The notes below the pieces were generated by a model. That model searched no databases. It was not told where the DNA came from and was given only the letters and a program-made list of their open reading frames with translations. 64,000 bases of DNA, taken from contig NIVC01001300.1 of the NCBI GenBank assembly GCA_002269645.1, forward strand, positions 62,001 to 126,000. The letters are read 5' to 3'. This DNA comes from Macrostomum lignano. Its lineage: Eukaryota. This document shows positions 23,925-34,045 of this stretch, piece by piece. How positions within the stretch are numbered: position 1 is the first letter of the stretch; each line of letters starts with the position of its first letter. The position numbers and the translations under genes are program-made.

Positions 23925-25985
23925 CCCTCTGGTGCTGCTGCTTCAGCATCATCATCTTGGTTTCTCTGTGTGCTGATTCAGCATCATCTTGGTTCTTCAA
24001 GATGAAGCAGCACACAGTTGGTTTCTCTGTGTGCTGCTTCAGCATCATCACATTGGTTTCTCTGTGTGCTGCTTCAGCATCATCATCTTGGTTTCTCTGT
24101 GTGCTGCAGCAGCATCATCTTGGTTTCTCTGTGTGCTGCAGCAGCATCATCTTGGTTTCTCTGTGTGCTGCAGCAGCATCATCTTGGTTTCTCTGTGTGC
24201 TGCAGCAGCATCATCTTGGTTCTTCAAGATGAAGCAGCACACAGTTGGTTTCTCTGTGTGCTGCTTCAGCATCATCACATTGGTTTCTCTGTGTGCTGCT
24301 TCAGCATCATCATCTTGGTTTCTCTGTGTGCTGCAGCAGCATCATCTTGGTTTCTCTGTGTGCTGCAGCAGCATCATCTTGGTTCTTCAAGATGAAGCAG
24401 CACACAGTTGGTTTCTCTGTGTGCTGCTTCAGCATCATCATATTGGTTTCTCTGTGTGCTGCTGCAGTATCATCATCTTGGTTCCTCTGTGTGCTGCTTC
24501 AGCATCATCATATTGGTTTCTCTGTGTGCTGCAGCAGCATCATCTTGGTTCTTCAAGATGAAGCAGCACACAGTTGGTTTCTCTGTGTGCTGCTTCAGCA
24601 TCATCACATTGGTTTCTCTGTGTGCTGCTTCAGCATCATCATCTTGGTTTCTCTGTGTGCTGCAGCAGCATCATCTTGGTTTCTCTGTGTGCTGCAGCAG
24701 CATCATCTTGGTTCTTCAAGATGAAGCAGCACACAGTTGGTTTCTCTGTGTGCTGCTTCAGCATCATCATATTGGTTTCTCTGTGTGCTGCTGCAGTATC
24801 ATCATCTTGGTTCCTCTGTGTGCTGCTTCAGCATCATCATATTGGTTTCTCTGTGTGCTGCAGCATCATCATCTTGGTTTCTCTGTGTGCTGCAGCAGCA
24901 TCATCATCTTGGTTTCTCTGTGTGCTGCTTCAGCATCATCATGTTGGTTTCTCTGTGTGCTGCAGCAACATCATCTTGGTTCTTCAAGATGAAGCAGCAC
25001 ACAGTTGGTTTCTCTGTGTGCTGCTTCAGCATCATCATATTGGTTTCTCTGTGTGCTGCTCCAGCATCATCATATTGGTTTCTCTGTGTACTGCTTCAGC
25101 ATCATCATCTTGGTTTCTCTGTGTGCTGATTCAGCATCATCTTGGTTCTTCAAGATAAAGCAGCACACAGTTGGTTTCTCTGTGTGCTGCTTCAGCATCA
25201 TCACATTGGTTTCTCTGTGTGCTGCTTCAGCATCATCACATTGGTTTCTCTGTGTGCTGCTTCAGCATCATCATCTTGGTTTCTCTGTGTGCTGCTTCAG
25301 CATCATCATCTTGGTTCCTCTGTGTGCTGCTTCAGCATCATCATCTTGGTTCCTCTGTGTGCTGCTTCAGCATCATCATCTTGGTTCCTCTGTGTGCTGC
25401 TTCAGCATCATCATCTTGCTTTCTCTGTGTGCTGCTTCAGCATCATCATCTTGGTTCCTCTGTGTGCTGCTTCAGCATCATCATCTTGCTTTCTCTGTGT
25501 GCTGCTTCAGCATCATCATCTTGGTTTCTCTGTGTGCTGCAGCAGCATCATCTTGGTTCTTCAAGATGAAGCAGCACACAGTTGGTTTCTCTGTGTGCTG
25601 CTTCAGCATCATCATATTGGTTTCTCTGTGTGCTGCTGCAGCATCATCATATTGGTTTCTCTGTGTGCTGCTTCAGCATCATCATGTTGGTTCCTCTGTG
25701 TGCTGCTTCAGCATCATCATATTGGTTTCTCTGTGTGCTGCTTCAGCATCATCATCTTGCTTTCTCTGTGTGCTGCTTCAGCATCATCATGTTGGTTTCT
25801 CTGTGTGCTGCAGCAGCATCATCTTGGTTCTTCAAGATGAAGCAGCACACAGTTGGTTTCTCTGTGTGCTGCTTCAGCATCATCATATTGGTTTCTCTGT
25901 GTGCTGCTGCAGCATCATCATCTTGGTTTCTCTGTGTACTGCTTCAGCATCATCATATTGGTTCCTCTCTGATGCTTTAGCATCA
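23925..25985. repeat. ~35-bp minisatellite TGGTTTCTCTGTGTGCTGCTTCAGCATCATCATCT with an interspersed GGTTCTTCAAGATGAAGCAGCACACAGTT variant
   Basis: Direct periodicity in the last PSMD3 intron. Confidence 0.96.
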
Positions 25986-26285
25986 TCACTCTGGCTCCCT
26001 TGAGTTGCCTATGCCCCTTATAAATCCCATACAAAGCTCTGCCCTCGGCTCATCTCAGGTCCGCGAGCAGTCCGTCCGCGCGATGCGCTACCCGCCTAAG
26101 AAGTACACCGAGGATCTGGGGAGCGCCGAGGAGCGTCGCGAACGCGAGGCCGCCGAACTGGAGACGGCCAAGGAGATGAGCGAGGATGTCTCTAAATGGA
26201 CATTCTTGATTCTCTGCAACCAGTGAATGACAAGCTGTTTCTATCGTTATGTTCGCTTCCTCCTATTTTCCCTTTCTTTAGTTTA

Positions 26286-26324
<39 letters not shown>

Positions 26325-26869
26325 GAAATCGGGATCTGTTTATTTACAATAGGCTTAACTCCGTTCTTTTCTAAATCTTTGATTATTCAGAATCTGGGGG
26401 CTGCCTATATGCCTACATGTATGGTATTAAAAAAACATCATTTTGAACAGTCTAAAATAACTATCAATAACTAATTATAAAACGCTTCATATTGCCAATA
26501 TGTTGCTATGCCAGTCGCGGGTTTAAAGTACATTTTTGTCACGTGTGACTGTTTATGACAAGCCTAAACAAACAATAAACATAATAAACAAACAAATAAA
26601 CAACAAACAAACAAACAATAGTCGTTTTTATTGCTTACAATTTACAACACAGTGTGCAAAGGCAAGCAATGCTACTAAAAATGCAAGTTCTTCAAGTCAG
26701 GCTAATACAACACGATCAGTTTATTGGGGGTCTGCAGCGTTACAAGTTTCTTTTGTGTTTTATGAGTTGCTTTCTGCTAATATCGGATGAAATGCGTCCG
26801 AATCCAAGCTTTAATTGGTGGGTTTGTGTCAAGCATTGGGATTGAGATCAAGCACTAGATTAAGTAGTT

Positions 26870-28100
26870 CAGTCAGTAGATTCAGTATTGCAGTCGGTAG
26901 ATTCAGTATTGCAGTCGGTAGATTCAGTAGTGCAGTCAGTAGATTCAGTATTGCAGTCCGTAGATTTATTATTGCAGTTGGTAGATTCAGTATTTCAAAT
27001 CGGTAGATTCAGTATTGCAGTCGGTAGATTCATTATTTCACTCGGTATGTTTAGTATTGCAGTCTGTAGATTCAGTATTGCAGTCGGTAGATTCGTTATT
27101 TCAGTTGGTAGATCCAGTATTGCAGTCAGTAGACTCAGTATTGCAGTCGGTAGATTCAGTATTGCAGTCGGTAGATTCGTTATTTCAGTTGGTAGATTCA
27201 GTATTGCAGTCAGTAGATTCAGTATTGCAGTCGGTAGATTCAGTATTGCAGTCAGTAGATTCAGTATTGCAGTCGGTAGATTCAGTATTGCAGTCGGTAG
27301 ATTCAGTATTGCAGTCGGTAGATTCAGTATTGCAGTCGGTAGATTCAGTATTGCAGTCGGTAGATTCAGTATTGCAGTCGGTAGATTCAGTATTGCAGTC
27401 CGTAGATTTATTATTGCAGTTGGTAGATTCAGTATTGCAGTCGGTAGATTCAGTATTGCAGTCGGTAAATTCAGTATTGCAGTCGGTAGATTCAGTATTG
27501 CAGTCGGTAGATTCAGTATTGCAGTCGGTAGATTTGTTATTTCAGTTGGTAGATACAGTATTGCAGTCAGTAGATTCAATATTGCAGTCAGTAGATTCAG
27601 TATTGCAGTCGGTAGATTCAGTATTGCAGTCGGTAGATTCAGTATTGCAGTCGGTAGATTCAGTATTGCAGTCGGTAGATTCAGTATTGCAGTCGGTAGA
27701 TTCAGTATTGCAGTCGGTAGATTCAGTATTGCAGTCGGTAGATTCAGTATTGCAGTCGGTAGATTCAGTATTGCAGTCGGTAGATTCGTTATTTCAGTTG
27801 GTAGATCCAGTATTGCAGTCAGTAGATTCAATATTGGAGTCAGTAGATCCAGTATTGCAGTCAGTAGATTCAATATTGCAGTCGGTAGATTCAGTATTGC
27901 AGTCAGTAGATTCAATATTGCAGTCGGTAGATTCAGTATTGCAGTCAGTAGATTCAATATTGCAGTCGGTAGATTCAGTATTGCAGTCGGTAGATTCAGT
28001 ATTGCAGTCGGTAGATTCGTATTTCAGTTGGTAGATCCAGTATTTCAAGTCCGTAGATTCAGTAATGCAGTCGGTAGATTCAGTATTGCAGTCGCTAGAT
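26870..28100. repeat. 21-bp minisatellite GTAGATTCAGTATTGCAGTCG (~55 copies)
   Basis: 7-aa period (RFSIAVG) in the ORF track; the array ends ~100 nt before ATG 28200. Confidence 0.97.
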
Positions 28101-28668
28101 TTGTTCATCGGTTCATCCATTTCCAGTGCAACTGTTACAAGGAAGCATTCCGCATTGTAACTTACAGGCTCCATCACTGTTTTTTCCTTATCTAACACAA
28201 TGGCTGATGATCAGAAAATCAATTTACAATGCGTCTTAATCTCCTTTAAGGAGGGCGTCCCTCTCAGTCAGCTGATGAGGGACTATCGTCAGCTGGCCTC
28301 GGCCAATCTGGACCCACAGGGCTATCCAAACCTGACTGCCTACCTTCGCAGCATTCCGGAGGTTGTGCGCCTGTCCAATGTAAACGGCGAAGTAGTCTGC
28401 CACGGTGTCGGCTCTGAGCGCAGCTCCCACATTGAGGCGCAAAAAGAAGAAGCGCCCCTCCGCAAGAGGCGGCAGGGGCAGTCGCGGCAACTCGCTTCTT
28501 GGCAGTGGCAGCTCCGCTAGCTTGCGCGGCCGCAGCTCAATGTCGTCCGCCTCGTCTGTTTCGTCGTTTAGCACCGCTTCCGCCTTTCTGCCGGCGCATC
28601 GGGGCGCCATTCGCGGCCAGAGGCCGTCTTATCAGTATTGTAGATTCGGCGGAGAAGGTGGCAACAGA

Positions 28669-28968
28669 GGCGGCGTCGGCGGAGGCTTTAGCAACAGAGG
28701 TGGCGGTGGTGACGGCTTTAGCAACAGAGGTGGCGGTGGTGACGGCTTTAGCAACAGAGAAGGCGGTGGTGACGGCTTTAGCAACAGAGGTGGCGGTGGT
28801 GACGGCTTTAGCAACAGAGGTGGCGGTGCTGACGGCTTTAGCAACAGAGGTGGCGGTGGTGACGGCTTTAGCAACAGAGGTGGTGGTGGTGACGGCTTTA
28901 GCAACAGAGGTGGCGGTGGTGACGGCTTTAGCAACAGAGGTGGCGGTGGTGACGGCTTTAATAGCAGA
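28669..28968 (+). repeat. Coding 30-bp repeat x10 encoding GGGGDGFSNR
   Basis: ggtggcggtggtgacggctttagcaacaga is repeated in frame with ORF 28405..29520. Confidence 0.93.
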
Positions 28969-29851
28969 GGCGCCGGTGCCGGCGGTGGCGATAGAAAGAG
29001 TTTCATCTTCGCCGCTAATCCTCGAGCCGCGCAGTCGAACTTGTTTTCGTTATCTTCGAGTCAGTCGATACAGTCCGAGCGGCGCCCTCCAGTGCAGTCC
29101 CGGTTGGGCCCGTCGCCGCCCAGGTCGCGACAACCGTCTGAGGCATTTGAGGAACCGTTAAAACAGCGCACGCAGAACCTGTCAATTTCGTCTGTACAAC
29201 CGAAGCAGCCAGCGCCTGATCCATCTGACTACGCCGATCTGCTAGCAGTCACGCGAAGCCTGATACAGCCGCGCGGCACCGAGCGCAACTATTTCTGGCG
29301 CAAGGCGGCCGAGCAATCTGGCACTGCTCTGCCAGCTCAGTGCGAGACTCTGGAAGCCAGCTTGGTGGCCGAGGGCGCCCTGCGCGTTGAAGACGTGCTC
29401 GGCCGCATGATGTACTACCCGGGCGACCCGGTCAACCTCGATGACTCCGTACTGATCCCGGCGGCTGCGGCGCCCAAAACGCCTGCAATAATCAATTCGC
29501 CGAGACCCGCCGGCTTCTAAAGCTTCTGCTTCTTCCGCTTCCGCTGAGCCAAGATCAATTAACTATCGAGCCGGAAGTGGACGAATGGGGATTCGAAGTT
29601 GCTAGCGAGGTCGCCAGCGAGGCAGCTGAACCCGCCGAGTTCGAGGACACCGGCGACAACGAAGAAGCGACGCGGACGAGGAGGCCGACGCCTTCTTGGA
29701 CGTCGGCGGGCTGATCGATGGACAGCAGTTCACCGCTCTGCGCTTCGGCTCCGACGGCAGCAGATTCGTGTGGCTGTACACCCTGGACAGCCAGCTGGAG
29801 GCCGTGCTGGAGACCGTCATGAAGGAGACCACCGTTCTGCTGTGGTCTCCA

Positions 29852-30600
29852 GGGTTTGTGTTATGGTGTAGGTTAGGGTTTGTGTTATGGTGTAGGTTAG
29901 GGTTTGTGTTATGGTGTAGGTTAGGGTTTGTGTTATGGTGTAGGTTAGGGTTTGTGTTATGGTGTAGGTTAGGGTTTGTGTTATGGTGTAGGTTAGGGTT
30001 TGGGTTATGGTGTAGGTTAGGGTTTGTGTTATGGTGTAGGTTAGGGTTTGTGTTATGGTGTAGGTTAGGGTTTGGGTTATGGTGTAGGTTAGGGTTTATG
30101 TTATGGTGTAGGTTAGGGTTTGTGTTATGGTGTAGGTTAGGGTTTGTGTTATGGTGTAGGTTAGGGTTTGTGTTATGGTGTAGGTTAGGGTTTGTGTTAT
30201 GGTGTAGGTTAGGGTTTGTGTTATGGTGTAGGTTAGGGTTTGTGTTATTAGGGTTTAGGTTAGGGTTTGTGTTATGGTGTAGGTTAGGGTTTGTGTTATT
30301 AGGGTTTAGGTTAGGGTTTGTGTTATTAGGGTTTAGGTTAGGGTTTGTGTTATTAGGGTTTAGGTTAGGGTTTGTGTTATGGTGTAGGTTAGGTTTTGTG
30401 TTATGGTGTAGGTTAGGTTTGTGTTATGGTGTAGGTTAGGTTTGTGTTATGGTGTAGGTTAGGGTTTGTGTTATTAGGGTTTAGGTTAGGGTTTGTGTTA
30501 TTAGGGTTTAGGTTAGGGTTTGTGTTATAGTGTAGGTTAGGGTTTGTGTTAGGGTTTATATTAGGGTTTGTGTTCGGGCTTAGAATAGAGTTTAGGTTTG
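29852..30600. repeat. 24-bp telomere-like minisatellite TTAGGG-TTTGTG-TTATGG-TGTAGG (~30 copies)
   Basis: 8-aa period (LWCRLGFV); variant units carry TTAGGGTTTAGG. Confidence 0.95.
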
Positions 30601-31124
30601 GATTAGGATCGGCAGTCAGTTTGTGTCAGCCGAATTGTTGTCTTCTCTCAGTCTAAAGTCGTAGACCCATGAGCGTGTGTACATATATCCGTGTGCTTGC
30701 CAAGCGCTGAGTGGCCGATGACTCATGCTTGCCTATCTATAATATTGTAGCTCACAGCGGCCCAGCTGCACTGCAAAATCAATCCACACCTGCACAGATT
30801 CAACTGTTCGACAAGCCCGGCCCGCCAATGGAGATGCCCGTGTTTCGCCTTCGCCGCTTCCACTCTGAACTGATTGACCATCTGACCTCCGCCCAGCTCG
30901 GCCTGGTGTCCGGCGAGACCCTGGCCAGCCTTAATAAGATCCCGGACGCGGTGGTTCAAGTAGCCTGTCAAAATCCGCCACCAGCTAATCCGGATGCCGA
31001 GCCGGAACTCGATCGGTTTGTTGTCGAATCGACTGATCCGGAACTGCTGGTTCGGCGCCTGCCTGCTCAGTACACCTTTTCACGTTCAATTTTGATCAAA
31101 GTCCAGTTCTAAAATAACTAGCGA

Positions 31125-31245
31125 AAATTCAATTCAGACAATTCAGACTGGGGCAACAAACCCCAGTTCAAAACATTATGCAACCGAAGCAAGGTTTAGC
31201 CATAGACAAAATTGTCCCCCAGTCTGAATTGTCTGAATTGAATTT
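31125..31245. repeat. 29-bp perfect inverted repeat with a 63-nt spacer (MITE-like)
   Basis: AAATTCAATTCAGACAATTCAGACTGGGG at 31125-31153 has its exact reverse complement at 31217-31245. Confidence 0.9.
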
Positions 31246-31559
31246 CTCCTTTCCTATTTTTCCCTTCTACTGGAGTTATAGTTTTCCCAAATAATTTCAT
31301 AATTTCCGCTTCATTTAAAACATGCGTGATTAATAATATGCTTGGTGCTGCCTTTCTCTCCCTACTTTTACTAGTATGACAACTTGGGAAATTACTGCGT
31401 TGAATATTATTTCATAATAAAGTTGCATTTTTTTCAAGTTGAAAATTGTTTCTTTGTTAAAAAACTATTGTTGAGTGTCCATTGTTGGTAAATTTTTTAT
31501 AATTAACTTCAAGGTGGATAGATCCCTGCAGTCAATTAATGCGATTTTAGTTACTAAGC

Positions 31560-31980
31560 TACTCCTATTAGCCACTATACGGTCCCTATCAGCTACTTAG
31601 CTTCCTCAGTTAGCCACTTAGCTCTTTTCATTAGCCACTTAGCTCTCCCCATTAGCCACTTAGCTTTCTCTATTAGCCACTTAGCTCCCCATCAGTTAGT
31701 TATAGCTCTCCCCATTAGCCACTTAGCTCTCCCCATTAGCCACTTAGCTCTCCCCATTAGCCACTTAGCTCTCCCCATTAGCCACTTAGCTCTCCCCATT
31801 AGCCACTTAGCTCTCCCCATTAGCCACTTAGCTCTCCCCATTAGCCACTTAGCTCTCGGCCCATTAGTTACTCAGCTCTCCCCATTAGCCACTTAGCTCT
31901 CTCCCTATTAGCTACTTAGCTCTCCCTATTAGCGACTTAGCTCTCCATCAGTTAGTTAGCTTTCCCCATTAACTAATTAG
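31560..31980. repeat. 21-bp minisatellite TTAGCCACTTAGCTCTCCCCA
   Basis: Direct periodicity. Confidence 0.93.
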
Positions 31981-32039
31981 CTCTTTTCGGTGCCCTACAA
32001 AACTGAACACAAAATCACTGGAACTATGAAAACACTGTT

Positions 32040-33040
32040 AGATTGTTTAACATGATTCTGACACTCAACATATTCACCGCAAATATCTTTGCACTTCTGC
32101 CAGCGATGTACCAGGCCTCTGATTCCGGAACTCACACCACTCAGCTTGATTACAAGCAGCTTCGATGTGCTCGACGCTGTCGAATCGAATGCCCCGAAGG
32201 TGCCTCTTCACTGATGAAAATAAGAAAAGTCGCACAGTGGCAAATCATGCGAATAGGGTGGATGTTGGATCACTTCCCAGACCCATTTGCTCAGGAGTTC
32301 CACGACATTGTGCTTGCGATGTGCTGGTGCATTGTCGTGCAGCAGGATCAGGCCAGACTCCAGCAGACCAGGGCGCTTCTTTCGTATTGCTGGGCGCAAC
32401 TTCTGCAGAATCCACTTGTAGTAGTCCCCATTGATTGTGGTTCCTTGGGGACTGCCCAGTTTAGCAGAATTCCTTGGGATTCAAAAAACATGACGTGCAT
32501 GATCTTCCTGATGACCTGGGGTCTTTGAGAATGTGCTGGAAGCCATTCGGCAGACTGGGACCTTGTCTCAGGATCCCAGCTGTAAGCCCACGGCTCGTCT
32601 CCAGCAACAAATCTTGATAGAAAATCCTCCCCTTCTCGATGGAACCGAAGCAGGTGGCTGCTTGAAGCTACAGTTCGCTGCATCTTTTGCTCACCTGTCA
32701 GCAGGTGTGGCACCCACTTGCAGAACTTTTTCTGCAGGTGAAGACGCTCAGTCAGAATGGTGTGGACGCTTCCTACTGACACACCAACGTCTTTTCCAAA
32801 GTCTTCGCAAGTCCGTCGCCGATTATCATCCAGGAGCTCTTGCACTTTATTCACAGCAGTCTCGTTGGTTGCAGTCAGTCATCGGCCTTCCAGAGCGATC
32901 ATTGTCCTCAACGCTCTCTTCCATCAGCGAACAGCCGGTACCATTTTCGAACTGTCTGCTCAGTCTCCTCGCAAAAACTGAAACTTCATCAAGCTTCGAA
33001 CGTCTTGTTTTTGAAAATGATTCAGCTCAGCCGGGCCAAA
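32040..33040 (-). mobile_element. Mariner (IS630-Tc1-mariner, DD34D-type) transposase remnant with frameshifts and deletions
   Basis: Motifs KWVPHLLT, FVAGDEPWAYSWDPE, LLHDNAPAH, QHPPYSHDLPLCDF and the N-terminal KWYRLFADGR...RSGRP are present. No terminal inverted repeats were identified. Confidence 0.9.
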
Positions 33041-33248
33041 AAATTGAATGGTAAATGATAGAAAGGTTCGCTGCTCAAACACTAGTTGCAAACTGAGGTA
33101 AGGAACTCTTGATCATTGGAGATAGACCATTAGCTACGAGCGTATGAGCATAATGCTGAGAGTGTCTGCTGATTGATGCGAAGCAAATCCGGACGGCTTC
33201 TTCTCTTTCGAAAACTTAGCGACCAAATAATCAAGTGAGCGAATTCTT

Positions 33249-33666
33249 TCACTGGAAAAATAAGCTCTCTTGTTCCACCCGTGCGACATCAATCTCGTGA
33301 CGCCGTTGCGACGATGCGTTTCCTGATCGCGAAGCTGGTGGACTTTTTGTTAAATATGATGGCCTGCTGATCGTGCTGTATTGGATGGGAACTGCACCCT
33401 CTCTTAATCTTCTTTTTACAAGATTTGAACCTTCGTGTCGCTTCTTTTTTCGATATGCATCGATATTTCGATATTCGATATCTGATTCCGTGAAGTGAAG
33501 AGAGCAAATTCGAGTGTGCTTCGATGGCTTGAAAGTTGCTTCTAGGGAAATGCTCTTTAACAATTTTTCCAGCTTCGAAAACTTGTGGAATGAAGTCCTC
33601 GCTGACCGTGCCGTTGCAGACTCGCTGCCGGAGTTGCAGCCAAAAAACGGCGCATTTATTTGGCAT
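33249..33666 (-). pseudogene. THAP zinc-finger domain gene fragment (possibly from a P-element-like transposase)
   Basis: Correcting one T-run frameshift gives MPNKCAVFGCNSG...SFHKF...FKPSKHTRICSLHFTESD...RLREGAVP, i.e. the C2CH and AVP motifs. The usual P..W segment is missing. Confidence 0.75.
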
Positions 33667-34045
33667 GCAGAGGACGCAGAGACTTGGCTTCAGGAAAGTC
33701 ACTTTTACAGGCTAAGACAAAATAGGGCGAACGAAGCTGATTCTTCTTAGTGGCAATCTAAGTTGATGCGGCAAACAAATCCTATGTCTGTGGCAATCGC
33801 AGTAAGCCTCATCTTGTATAAAAAGTCCACACCTCTGTTTCAGTTGTCATTCTAGTAGGATTTAGAATTCCTTGATTGAGGCTTAAAACCCTAGGAACGT
33901 TTAGGCCATAGTCATAACTTGGTGAACCGAAAAGAACTTAGAATACACCTCGTAGCTAATGCATTGCATCATTCCTTTTTATCCCATCAACTGGAAGCTG
34001 TAATTTATACCACCAGATTTTCTATTGCCAGCTGCTAACACCGCA

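Larger units (their letters stand above)
21434..26226 (+). pseudogene. PSMD3: 26S proteasome regulatory subunit RPN3/PSMD3, 5'-truncated with frameshifts, a nonsense codon and internal deletions; exon remnants ~21434-21570, ~22195-22590, 23486-23869, 26059-26226
   Basis: Recalled PSMD3 motifs are present: [107 protein letters not shown] and [23 protein letters not shown]. Confidence 0.88.
28200..31112 (+). pseudogene. LOTUS (OST-HTH) + RGG/FG-repeat + extended Tudor protein, TDRD5/TDRD7-like, with frameshifts and a missing Tudor core
   Basis: The N-terminus LQCVLISFKEGVPLSQLMRDYRQL...GYPNLTAYLRSIPEVVRL fits recalled LOTUS domains. It is followed by 10x GGGGDGFSNR and Tudor-flank-like segments (FVWLYTLDSQLEAVLETVMKE; [22 protein letters not shown]). 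Apparent frameshifts lie near 28435, 29510 and 29675. Confidence 0.7.

Noticed and set aside
29852-30600. Functional chromosome end
   Set aside because: The array is degenerate, internal and flanked on both sides by parts of the same gene.
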